From Fidelibacterota bacterium (GTDB lineage: Bacteria; Fidelibacterota; Marinisomatia; Marinisomatales; TCS55): DNA of 54,247 nt. The stretch spans positions 1 through 54,247 of the forward strand of contig JAPNQO010000074.1 in NCBI GenBank assembly GCA_027251445.1. The letters are read 5' to 3'. The position numbers and the translations under genes are program-made. Each line of letters starts with the position of its first letter. Position 1 is the first letter of the stretch. The notes beneath the pieces are model-generated. The model did no database searches. It saw only the letters and a program-made list of their open reading frames with translations, and was not told the origin of the DNA. Shown piece by piece: positions 1 to 9,392 of this stretch.

Positions 1-1282
1 GGTATACATACACCCCAGAGCTCAAATCTTTATTAAAGTGATTAGTCCCATCCCAGATCGTTGAATGATTACCAGGTGCTTGATTTTGGATTTTAAATTC
101 TTTGACATGTTCACCTAATATATTATATATATTTATATATATATCATTTGTTGTATGTGTTTCATAATAAATTTTAGTTATTGCATTAAATGGATTAGGA
201 AAATTATACGTGATGGTAAATTCATTGGTAATTTGACTATAATTGGTATTTAAAAAATCTAATTCATTACAGTTACCATTACCAAAAATTGCCTTTCTAC
301 CACAAGATGAATTAAATACATAATAATTATCATGATCCATATTTGGTATAACCGCATGCTGATGATTATTTACTATTTGATTCCCAAAATAATATTGTAA
401 ATAATTATAATAAATGATTGATCTTTCATATCGATTATTTCCTTGTGTTTCAGATGCGCAATCAGTTGTTCCACCATCATCTGATGAACCGACTAGGTAC
501 ACAACATTTCTACGTTCATATCGGGATCGAATGGAGTCAACGCCTGCTAAGGACATATAACTATTTAAGTCATCTAAACCGTATTTATATTCATTATATC
601 CACTGCATCCACTTGGAATATCAAATTGATCAGTTGAACCAGCAACTCTACGTTCATTATTCATATATAAATATGAAGAAGGACTACCAATAATAAATCG
701 AATTGGTACAGAAAATTCACTAAAAAGAAATTCTGTAATATTATTGCCACCAATATATCTGTTTACAAACTGTCCACCTGCAGAAAATCCAGCAAATACA
801 ATTTGCTCTAGCATTGGATTATTTAATGCAATCTGATGCAAAAGAGAATCTATAATTGCATAAGAACTTATTCTAAATGGTCTAGTATCAGAGCTAGTAT
901 TACCCGATAAATACCCTGCAGTCCAATTTGTTGTATTTGTCCAAAAAAATACATCATCTGTCAAATTATCATTACTCAAATCTTGTGAACGTAAAAATTG
1001 CGGTGCAATAATTATGGTGGAGTCCATATTACCAGTTGCATTTACGATTGCAAATATATTATTGTAATAATCATCGGCATTTCTATTTGCTCCATGGAGA
1101 TATATAATAGCAAGCTTTGTATGATTATTATATTCATTTAAAGAATAATTACTATAATAAGGTAAACTAAGAGAATCATTCTCTTCATAGACAAAGAAAC
1201 GATTTGATCCAATATTTACTTGGGCAAGAATAATATTTGATAACACAAATATATTTAGTGCTAACAAATATTTTAAAAACAT
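1..1282 (-). CDS. Secreted alpha/beta-hydrolase (esterase-like) with C-terminal T9SS type A/FlgD-Ig sorting domain; 3' end runs off the window
   Basis: Not in the ORF track because there is no stop in the window. Hand translation from ATG 1282 is open to position 2: signal peptide MFLKYLLALNIFVLSNIILAQ, LHG oxyanion-type motif, IIAPQF, nucleophile elbow GFSAGG, then FPNPFN...IYNILG...WDG...SSGVY. Confidence 0.85.
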   Translation of the reverse strand, partial: MFLKYLLALNIFVLSNIILAQVNIGSNRFFVYEENDSLSLPYYSNYSLNEYNNHTKLAIIYLHGANRNADDYYNNIFAIVNATGNMDSTIIIAPQFLRSQDLSNDNLTDDVFFWTNTTNWTAGYLSGNTSSDTRPFRISSYAIIDSLLHQIALNNPMLEQIVFAGFSAGGQFVNRYIGGNNITEFLFSEFSVPIRFIIGSPSSYLYMNNERRVAGSTDQFDIPSGCSGYNEYKYGLDDLNSYMSLAGVDSIRSRYERRNVVYLVGSSDDGGTTDCASETQGNNRYERSIIYYNYLQYYFGNQIVNNHQHAVIPNMDHDNYYVFNSSCGRKAIFGNGNCNELDFLNTNYSQITNEFTITYNFPNPFNAITKIYYETHTTNDIYINIYNILGEHVKEFKIQNQAPGNHSTIWDGTNHFNKDLSSGVYVY

Positions 1283-1291
1283 TCTACGGGA

Positions 1292-2215
1292 TTAATTTAA
1301 CATGGAAGCACCAAGCGCTGGAGCCTCATCACCAAGATCATTCAAAACAATTTTGACACCGTCCAATCCATTACCAATAGAATATTTGTCAGCATTTTCT
1401 CTTACTATTGGTAATAAATCAGATTCTAATTCATGGTAAATAGTTCCACCAATTATAATTCGTTCAACGCCGGTAATATTTATTACGTTTGCAATTCCAA
1501 TTCCTAAAGCACGTGCTTGATATGTAAGTAATTCAGAAACAACTGTATCACTTTTTCGCCAAGCATCAAAAATATCTGCAGCTCGGAAACTACTTGGATC
1601 AATTACACAACTACTACCAGAATTAATTTTTTCTTCAAGCATAGTTTTAAAACCGTGATAGCTTACAATTGCTTCCAGACAACCATGGCATCCACATTTA
1701 CATATAGGGCCATCTATATCAACAATCATATGCCCAACTTCTGCTGCAGTGGAGTTATATCCAGTAATTAGCTCTTCATTATATATATATCCACCTCCTA
1801 AACCTGTCCCTGGATAAAATGTAAATAAAGAGGAAACTCCTTTCCCTGCCCCAAAATTATATTCAGCCAAGGTAGCCATATTTACATCATTCCCTAGCTT
1901 AACTTCTATATCAGCTCTTTCTTTCAATAGTGATCGAACAGGAAGATTATTTTGATTAAAAGCTGTTAATTGTTTTGCTTCTCCTTTTTTATTATCTATA
2001 GGGCTTGGTAAAGCAATTCCTACAGATATAATTTCACTATCACTCACATTATTAGCTAATGATCTATAAACATCAGCAATTTGATCCATCACAGCTAGAA
2101 TATCAGCTCTATTTGATAAACGGTGTTTTTTTCGATGGACTACATTAAAACTACTATCAGTTACAACTCCTAATACTTTTGTACCACCTAGATCAAGCCC
2201 TATTCTATACTTCAT
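1292..2215 (-). CDS. ROK-family sugar kinase (glucokinase/GlcNAc kinase-like)
   Basis: GLDLGGTK, NDVNMATLAE, GTGLGGG, EVGH and Zn motif CKCGCHGCLE; no N-terminal HTH. Confidence 0.9.
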   Translation of the reverse strand: MKYRIGLDLGGTKVLGVVTDSSFNVVHRKKHRLSNRADILAVMDQIADVYRSLANNVSDSEIISVGIALPSPIDNKKGEAKQLTAFNQNNLPVRSLLKERADIEVKLGNDVNMATLAEYNFGAGKGVSSLFTFYPGTGLGGGYIYNEELITGYNSTAAEVGHMIVDIDGPICKCGCHGCLEAIVSYHGFKTMLEEKINSGSSCVIDPSSFRAADIFDAWRKSDTVVSELLTYQARALGIGIANVINITGVERIIIGGTIYHELESDLLPIVRENADKYSIGNGLDGVKIVLNDLGDEAPALGASMLN

Positions 2216-2233
2216 AAATATGATGTGTCATTA

Positions 2234-2620
2234 TTATACATTATCCACTGCTTTCTTCAAAAGTGTATTTACTTTCTTTGCAAGGTTATACAGTTGATTA
2301 TTTTTAACAATAGTCATCATTTTATCTGCATCAATAGCTGCAATCGTTGTAGAGGAGTCTTCATTCTCCCATAAAACTACATTACATGGCAATAATAATC
2401 CAATGGCCTGCTCATCCTCCAACGCTTCAAATGCTAGAGGGGGGTTACAAGCTCCTAGAATAGTGTATTTTTGAAAATCCTTATCTAGCTTTTTCTTTAA
2501 GGTATTTTTTACATCTATTTCAGTTAATACTCCAAATCCCTGCTCTTCTAATGAGGATCTAATACGATCATCTACTTCTTCAAAAGATAATTCTACCGTC
2601 CTTTTATAGCCATAATTCAT
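2234..2620 (-). CDS. DUF302 domain protein
   Basis: GFGVLTEID, YTILGACNP and IGLLLPCNV family motifs. Confidence 0.9.
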   Translation of the reverse strand: MNYGYKRTVELSFEEVDDRIRSSLEEQGFGVLTEIDVKNTLKKKLDKDFQKYTILGACNPPLAFEALEDEQAIGLLLPCNVVLWENEDSSTTIAAIDADKMMTIVKNNQLYNLAKKVNTLLKKAVDNV

Positions 2621-2630
2621 ACAGAATTCT

Positions 2631-4034
2631 CTAAGAAGGGAACTGTTGAATTATTGAGGCAATTGAAGCTGTTAGCTTTTTTGCATAAGGAATGTGAATA
2701 AATTCATTAGGACCGTGAGCATTAGATTGTGGTCCAAGAATTCCCGTTATTACGAATTGTGCATTTGGAAACTTTTCACCTAACATCGCCATAAATGGTA
2801 TCGTTCCACCCTCTCCCATGAATAAAGCAGGTTTATTAAAATAGGCATTAGAAGCTTCCTGAATTGCAGAATCCAACCATGGGTCTAATTCAGGAGCATT
2901 CCATCCAGTAGCTGGCTCATCAAATTCAACCATAATACTTGCATTATTGGGAGGATTTTCTGTTAATTTTTTTTTCATAACTTTCACAGCAATTTCTTTA
3001 TCAAGCGTTGGGGGAATTCGCATAGATAGTTTTACTTCTGTATAAGGGCGTAATACATTGCCTCCATCTTTAACAGGTGGGACTCCATCCATTCCTACAA
3101 CAGAAAGCGCTGGTCTCCATGTTTGTCTAAGAGTTCCTTCAATTGGATCACTTGTAGTAGAATTCATTGACCCATGCCATGGGAATTGATCTAATTCTCC
3201 AGCTAATGCATCCACCATTTTCTTTGCATCTTCTATTCTTCTTTCTGGAATATTAACATTTAGATCTTTAAGTATAATTTTTCCAGTTTTCTCATCTTCT
3301 AAACGTGAAAGCAGTTGTCGTAATACTCGGAAGGAGGATGGAACAAGACCACTTGCAGATCCCGAATGAACCCCTTCCGTCAATACATCTACACGTACTG
3401 TACAACCAATGAGACCCCGTAAAGAAGTTGTTGTCCAAAATTGTTCATAGTTACGTGCTCCAGAATCAAGGCAAACTACTAGATCTGGTTTTCCAATTAT
3501 CGATGCACAGTGATCCATATAGAATGGTAAATCAGGCGACCCACTTTCTTCTGAAAATTCAATCAAAATAATAATTCTTGGATGATTTATGTTCTGATCT
3601 TTCAATGAACGTACAGTAGCAATGGAAGCAAACATAGCATATCCATCATCAGCTCCACCTCGACCATACAGTTTATCACCATCTAAAACAGGATCCCATG
3701 GACCAAGACCTTCTCTCCATCCTTCCATTTCAGGCTGCTTATCCAAATGTCCATACATAAGAATATTCCCTTGCCTATTTCCTGGGCAATCGATCATTAT
3801 CAATGGTGTTCTGTCATCTTCTTGGAAGATATGAACAGTGCTTCCCTCTGGCTTATGTTTTTCTGCCCAATCACTTGCTAGCTTTAAAACTTTAGACATA
3901 TGTCCATTTTTCAACCAATCAGGATCAAAATCAGGAGATTTATTTGGTATTTTTATATAGTCTATTAATGTTGGGGTAATATGTTTATCCCAAAATTCGT
4001 TTATGTAGCGATCATTTTTTGAATGATTTATCAT
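2631..4034 (-). CDS. M20 family metallopeptidase (dipeptidase-like)
   Basis: YGHLDKQP, GRGGADDG, EESGS, GGTIP, NAHGPNE. Confidence 0.9.
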   Translation of the reverse strand: MINHSKNDRYINEFWDKHITPTLIDYIKIPNKSPDFDPDWLKNGHMSKVLKLASDWAEKHKPEGSTVHIFQEDDRTPLIMIDCPGNRQGNILMYGHLDKQPEMEGWREGLGPWDPVLDGDKLYGRGGADDGYAMFASIATVRSLKDQNINHPRIIILIEFSEESGSPDLPFYMDHCASIIGKPDLVVCLDSGARNYEQFWTTTSLRGLIGCTVRVDVLTEGVHSGSASGLVPSSFRVLRQLLSRLEDEKTGKIILKDLNVNIPERRIEDAKKMVDALAGELDQFPWHGSMNSTTSDPIEGTLRQTWRPALSVVGMDGVPPVKDGGNVLRPYTEVKLSMRIPPTLDKEIAVKVMKKKLTENPPNNASIMVEFDEPATGWNAPELDPWLDSAIQEASNAYFNKPALFMGEGGTIPFMAMLGEKFPNAQFVITGILGPQSNAHGPNEFIHIPYAKKLTASIASIIQQFPS

Positions 4035-4150
4035 TTTCGATAAAATTTAGAGCTGGAATTTCGTTTTTATTAATTAAGTATCAAGCAATTTTTTAAATAA
4101 AATATTTGAAAACTATTTTTTATAGAATATATAAATTCAAAATAATTATT

Positions 4151-5611
4151 ATGGCAAAACATCCGTTATACTTTTTCATAATGAATATTCTGGTTTTTGT
4201 TTTTGCACAAGAACATCCAAGTATTCATAAAATTCAGCTTGAGTATTATAATAAAAACTATATTGAACTACCTAGGCAAGATACAAGAGAATCTATTATC
4301 GATAAACAAAACCGCTCAAGTGGCCCTAATCGAGAAGTGTTTGGTTATCACCCGTACTGGATGGGTACTGCATGGCAAAATTATAATTACAATCTAATTT
4401 CTACTATTGCCTTTTTTAGTGCAGAAGCAACTGCACAAGGTAACCTTAGCAATCTTCATGGTTGGCCAGTGACTGGTCTAATAAATTTGGCGCATACAAA
4501 TGGGGTTAATGTGGTCCTTTGTGTAACACTCTTTGATAATGAAGATTTGATTACATTATTAAGCAATCCATCCTACAGAGAAAATCTAATTAACAATCTT
4601 TTAACACAAGTACAAGCTGGAAATGCTGATGGTGTAAATATTGATTTTGAATCATTTCCATCATCACAAAAACAAAATATGGTTCAATTTATTACTGATC
4701 TTACCAATACGTTTCATACTGAGATACCCGGCTCTCAAGTTACATTAGCAACACCGGCTGTGGATTGGAATAATGGATGGGATTACAATGCTCTTGCAAC
4801 TATTAGTGATGGATTATTTATTATGGGTTATAATTACTATTATGGCGGAAGTTCATCCACTGGGCCAGTTGCACCACTTTATAGTAATGGCATTTCCGTT
4901 TCTTGGACAATAAATGACTATCTGGACAAAACAAATAATCAGTATGATAAATTGATTCTTGGATGTCCATATTATGGTTTTGAATGGTCCGCTTCATCTG
5001 CATCTAGTGGTGCATCTACATTAGATTATGGTTCTGCAAAATTTTATTCTGAAATGGAAGGAAATGCATTATCATACGGAAAACTCTGGCATGAATCTTC
5101 ACAAACTCCTTGGTATCGATATCAAAATCCCAATTGGTATCAAGGGTGGTATGATGATAGCTTATCATTGTCACTTAAATATGATTTTGCCATTGAAAAT
5201 GATCTATTAGGCGTGGGTGTATGGGCAATGGGCTATGATGGGAACAATCCTGAACTGTGGGATCTATTATCCTCAAAATTTATTACTAATGGATTAAATA
5301 CATCTTCAGATTCTAGACTTTCTCTACCAGTTGCCCCTATTATTAATGCGCTTTATCCTAATCCTTCAAATTCATCAATAAAATTGGATTTTTCATCAAA
5401 CTATAAAAATAATAATGCAAAAATATCTATTTTTGATATATTGGGACGTCCTGTAGAAACTAAAAGTATTTTACTAAATGGAAATAAAAATTATAGCTGG
5501 GTATGGGATGGAACAGATATGCTGGGACAAGAGACACCTGCAGGTATTTATTTTCTAATTATAACAATCGATCAATATATAGAAAGTAGAAAAATCACAT
5601 TATTAAAATAA
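4151..5611 (+). CDS. Secreted GH18 glycoside hydrolase (chitobiase/chitinase or peptidoglycan N-acetylglucosaminidase-like) with T9SS-type C-terminal domain
   Basis: DGVNIDFE catalytic motif, IMGYNY, LGCPYYG, GVGVWAMG; C-terminal YPNP...IFDILG...WDG...AGIYF...KITLLK. ATG 4151 gives a clean signal peptide (the track start 4106 is TTG). Confidence 0.85.
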   Translation: MAKHPLYFFIMNILVFVFAQEHPSIHKIQLEYYNKNYIELPRQDTRESIIDKQNRSSGPNREVFGYHPYWMGTAWQNYNYNLISTIAFFSAEATAQGNLSNLHGWPVTGLINLAHTNGVNVVLCVTLFDNEDLITLLSNPSYRENLINNLLTQVQAGNADGVNIDFESFPSSQKQNMVQFITDLTNTFHTEIPGSQVTLATPAVDWNNGWDYNALATISDGLFIMGYNYYYGGSSSTGPVAPLYSNGISVSWTINDYLDKTNNQYDKLILGCPYYGFEWSASSASSGASTLDYGSAKFYSEMEGNALSYGKLWHESSQTPWYRYQNPNWYQGWYDDSLSLSLKYDFAIENDLLGVGVWAMGYDGNNPELWDLLSSKFITNGLNTSSDSRLSLPVAPIINALYPNPSNSSIKLDFSSNYKNNNAKISIFDILGRPVETKSILLNGNKNYSWVWDGTDMLGQETPAGIYFLIITIDQYIESRKITLLK

Positions 5612-6885
5612 TGAAAAATAATTGTTTGATATTTTTTATATTTATTACAAATCTATTAGCTGCTCAAGCATATGAGTCTATCCACCAATTACAATCAAAG
5701 TATTATAGCTCTATTTCTACTCCTCCAGTAGATAAAGTTCATATAAAAACTGGTATAGATATTCTCTTAGATAAAAAACAAAACTTAATTGCTGATAAAA
5801 GAATTGCTCTTGTTACAAACCAAACTGGCGTTGATCAATATGGAGTCGCTAATTATAAAAGATTAATGGACTTGGAAAATACAAAACTCGAAGTGGTTTT
5901 CTCACCTGAACATGGAATATTTGGGGAAACAGATAAAGAAGTTACTTATAATGATGGAATTAAGAATTTACCAAAAATATATAGTTTATATGGTGCGGTA
6001 CGTAAACCAACTAGAGAGATGCTTGATGGCATTGATATAATTATTTATGATATTCAAGATATTGGGGCGCGTTTTTATACATATATATCAACTTTAGGTT
6101 TGGTTATGGAAGCAGCTGCAGAACTAGATATACCAGTACTGGTTTTAGATAGACCAAATCCAATTCGCGGCGATATTGTTGAAGGGCCAATACTAGATAT
6201 TGAATATCAATCATTTATTGGTAAATATCCTATACCTATTCGATATGGCTGGACCGTTGCTGAACTTGCTGAAAAAATAATTCAGGAAAATTGGATTAAT
6301 CCAACTCCTCAATTGACCGTTATTCCAATGGAGGGATGGAATACATCATTATGGTATGATGAAACTACTCTACCATGGATTAAACCATCACCAAATATTC
6401 CAAATTTAGAGACTGCATTGATTTATCCAGGAATGTGTTTATTAGAGGGGACAAATATGAGTGAAGGAAGAGGAACGAATCACCCATTTCAATGGTTTGG
6501 AGCACCATGGATAGATAGTAGAGTTTTATCTCAGAAACTTAATAATTTAAAATTATCAGGTGTTGTTTTTGTGCCAAAATCATTTACACCTATTTCCATC
6601 CCTGGCGTAGCGGATAAGCCAAAATATGAGAATCAACTTTGTTATGGAATTGAGATCAGAGTTATTGATCGAAATAAATTTAACAGTGTTAAATCTGGAG
6701 TAAATATTTTAAAAACAATAAATGAAATGTATCCTGATTCTCTTATTATTAAGGAAAAACGTTTGAATAAACTTTGGGGAAGTGATACACTTTTAAAAGA
6801 ATTGAAAGAAAAAAAAGTGTCAAACAACTTCTTTGCAACGGAAGCAATAACAATATTATTATTATTTATTTTATTAATTAATTAA
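5611..6885 (+). CDS. namZ: Exo-beta-N-acetylmuramidase NamZ (DUF1343, GH171)
   Basis: LVTNQTG, FSPEHG, YDIQDIGARFYTY, LDRPNP, PSPNIP, SEGRGT motifs; signal peptide. Confidence 0.9.
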   Translation: MKNNCLIFFIFITNLLAAQAYESIHQLQSKYYSSISTPPVDKVHIKTGIDILLDKKQNLIADKRIALVTNQTGVDQYGVANYKRLMDLENTKLEVVFSPEHGIFGETDKEVTYNDGIKNLPKIYSLYGAVRKPTREMLDGIDIIIYDIQDIGARFYTYISTLGLVMEAAAELDIPVLVLDRPNPIRGDIVEGPILDIEYQSFIGKYPIPIRYGWTVAELAEKIIQENWINPTPQLTVIPMEGWNTSLWYDETTLPWIKPSPNIPNLETALIYPGMCLLEGTNMSEGRGTNHPFQWFGAPWIDSRVLSQKLNNLKLSGVVFVPKSFTPISIPGVADKPKYENQLCYGIEIRVIDRNKFNSVKSGVNILKTINEMYPDSLIIKEKRLNKLWGSDTLLKELKEKKVSNNFFATEAITILLLFILLIN

Positions 6886-6923
6886 ATATTTTGATAATTC
6901 TTACAGCACATAGAATATCATGG

Positions 6924-8396
6924 ATGAAAATATTCTTTCTTTTAATTTTCTTTTTACAATGTAGCAATCCGCCAACTTTATATAATATTTCAGGATACAA
7001 AAAGGCAATTGATCCAATTACTTCAGTTATCCAATCTTCTGGTTTGCAAACAAATATTGGTATTAAAGTAATAAATTTAAAATCTAATCAAACTATATAT
7101 GAATGGAACCCTAACTCATTATTTAATCCTGGAAGCAATGCAAAATTATTTACCTGTATAGCCGCATTAGCTTTACTTGATACAAATACCACGTTTTCTA
7201 CATCAGTATATCAAGATACGAACGCTATTTATATAGTTGGTGGTGGCGATCCTCATTTTAGTATTGATAAATTAGATACAATTTCACAGATAATAAGTGA
7301 CACAATTAAACTTCACTTAGGTAGAGATTATTGGTTTTTAAATAATCGTGTTCGTATGCGGTCAATAGATTTAGCAAAAAGAATCGATTATGTAGTGGTA
7401 GACAATTCTATATATGATAATATTTATTTTGGACCCGGATGGATGTGGGATGAAGGATCATGGTGGCATGCTAGTCAAGTTAGCGCTATGTCATTAAATG
7501 AAAATTGTATTGATTTTTATGTTAAACCTGGGAAACTAGGAAAACCAATTATAATAAATACGTATCCAACAACAAATTTTATAAGTATTCAAAATGAGTC
7601 AAATACAGTTAATGATACTATCAATTTTAAAACATTAAAAATTAAACGTGATTGGGAAAGTCAAACAAATAATTTCATTGTATCAGGTAATGTGATGGAT
7701 ACGTCTTCTATAGATACTTTACAAAGAAACATACATGACCCTAGTTTATTTACGGGAACAGTTTTTTCAGAGATGCTTATTAATAAAGGCTTAGATATTA
7801 AACATGTTGTTAAAGGTGTTGTCCCAAATAATGCAACTAAAATTACTGAACATGAATCCAAACCTATCTTTCATTCTCTTAATGGATTAATGAAAAAAAG
7901 TGAAAACCTTACTGCTGAGTTATTGGTAAAACATATTGGATTAACTGTTTTTGATACCGTTGGTTCATGGAAAAATGGTTTGCTTGCAATTAAAACTTTT
8001 TTACATGATTCAGTAGGGATAGATACAAATACATTTAGTTTAAGTGATGGTTCAGGACTATCAAGATATAATTACACAAGTCCAAATCATTTTATATCTG
8101 CTCTTTCATGGGCATATAATAATAAAAATATTCGTAACAAATTTTTAGATACATTTCCTAGAGGTGGTCTTGATGGAACATTAGAAAATAGATTAGAAAA
8201 TATTGATTCAACTACTACTGTTTTGGCAAAGACTGGTTCTCTTTCAGGGGTAAGTTGTTTATCAGGTTACATTATTTCAAAGACAAATAGTCCTCTTGCT
8301 TTTTCCATTTTAATAAATGGGTTTGTTAATTCATCTTTACCATATCGTAATCTTCAAGATGAAATAGTTTATTCACTATCAAAGATAAAACTATGA
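6924..8396 (+). CDS. dacB: D-Ala-D-Ala carboxypeptidase/endopeptidase PBP4 (peptidase S13), probable lipoprotein
   Basis: SxxK (PGSNAK), SxN (SEN), DGSGLSR and KTG. ATG 6924 yields MKIFFLLIFFLQC, a lipobox-like signal. Confidence 0.9.
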   Translation: MKIFFLLIFFLQCSNPPTLYNISGYKKAIDPITSVIQSSGLQTNIGIKVINLKSNQTIYEWNPNSLFNPGSNAKLFTCIAALALLDTNTTFSTSVYQDTNAIYIVGGGDPHFSIDKLDTISQIISDTIKLHLGRDYWFLNNRVRMRSIDLAKRIDYVVVDNSIYDNIYFGPGWMWDEGSWWHASQVSAMSLNENCIDFYVKPGKLGKPIIINTYPTTNFISIQNESNTVNDTINFKTLKIKRDWESQTNNFIVSGNVMDTSSIDTLQRNIHDPSLFTGTVFSEMLINKGLDIKHVVKGVVPNNATKITEHESKPIFHSLNGLMKKSENLTAELLVKHIGLTVFDTVGSWKNGLLAIKTFLHDSVGIDTNTFSLSDGSGLSRYNYTSPNHFISALSWAYNNKNIRNKFLDTFPRGGLDGTLENRLENIDSTTTVLAKTGSLSGVSCLSGYIISKTNSPLAFSILINGFVNSSLPYRNLQDEIVYSLSKIKL

Positions 8397-9319
8397 TAAA
8401 ACCCAAGAGATTAAATCCTGGGTCTACTATAGGAATAATTAGTCCATCTTATTGGATTGACAATCATATTTTAGAACAAGCATCAAAAATTTTCTCTGAT
8501 CGTAATTATAAGTTAGTTTTTGGGAAAACTATTCATTCAAAAAAAGGTCCATTCGCTGGAAGTGCCAAAATTCGAGCTGAAGATATTCATACAATGTTTT
8601 TAGATCCAAGTATTGATGCAATTGTATGTGCTCGTGGAGGATACGGTGCAAATAAAGTCATACCTTTACTAGATTATGAACTGATAAAAAATCATCCAAA
8701 AATATTTATCGGTTATAGTGATATCACTGCTTATTTAATATCAATTACTCAACGTACTAAATTAATAACATTCCATGGACCAATGTTAACTACATACAAA
8801 TATGGCTTTGAAGAATATAGCTATAATCAAATGATAAATATATTATCTGGTAAAAAGAAGATTGATGTTCTCTCATCTAATAAAATAAAACCTCATATTC
8901 TAAAACAGGGAACTGCAGTAGGACCTTTATGGGGAGGAAATTTAACATTAGTAATAAATCGACTTGGGACAAATGATCAAATCAATACTAATAATTCTAT
9001 ACTTTTTTTAGAAGATTTAAATGAATATTACTTCTCTTTTGAACGTATGCTCATTCATCTACAAAAGGCAGGTGTATTTGATAACATTAAAGGTCTTATC
9101 ATTGGAGAATTAATTAATATGAAAGATGAAGATGTGCCATTTGGAAAAACAATTGATGAGATTGTAATGGATATATGTGGGGAAAAAGATTTTCCTATAG
9201 TAACAAATTTTCCATGCGGTCATGGCACACACCAAGCCACTTTACCTATTTCATTACCTGTGGAATTGAAAGCAGAAAGTGATTTATCAATCAAGCTTCT
9301 CGAACCAGCGGTTCAATGA
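8393..9319 (+). CDS. ldcA: LD-carboxypeptidase (peptidase S66, muramoyltetrapeptide carboxypeptidase)
   Basis: RGGYG, IGYSD, FHGPM, GGNL, FLED, CGHG; 4-nt overlap with dacB. Confidence 0.88.
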   Translation: MIKPKRLNPGSTIGIISPSYWIDNHILEQASKIFSDRNYKLVFGKTIHSKKGPFAGSAKIRAEDIHTMFLDPSIDAIVCARGGYGANKVIPLLDYELIKNHPKIFIGYSDITAYLISITQRTKLITFHGPMLTTYKYGFEEYSYNQMINILSGKKKIDVLSSNKIKPHILKQGTAVGPLWGGNLTLVINRLGTNDQINTNNSILFLEDLNEYYFSFERMLIHLQKAGVFDNIKGLIIGELINMKDEDVPFGKTIDEIVMDICGEKDFPIVTNFPCGHGTHQATLPISLPVELKAESDLSIKLLEPAVQ

Positions 9320-9392
9320 TTTTTTACTCAGATATAAATAATTTTTTTCAGCATTCATGTTTATATAAAACTAAATATTTGCGTATTTAGTT

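Noticed and set aside
116..146. (AT)n-like microsatellite
   Set aside because: It is coding sequence (NDIYINIYNILG) of the T9SS-type domain on the minus strand.
418..693. 91-aa plus-strand ORF and the other short ORFs in the track nested in or antisense to long genes (e.g. 14904-15455, 34476-34961, 51626-51955)
   Set aside because: They are shadows of well-supported genes on another frame or strand and carry no motifs.
8393..9319. S66 peptidase as microcin C immunity protein MccF
   Set aside because: It is coupled to dacB within a cell-wall recycling cluster, and no microcin genes are present.
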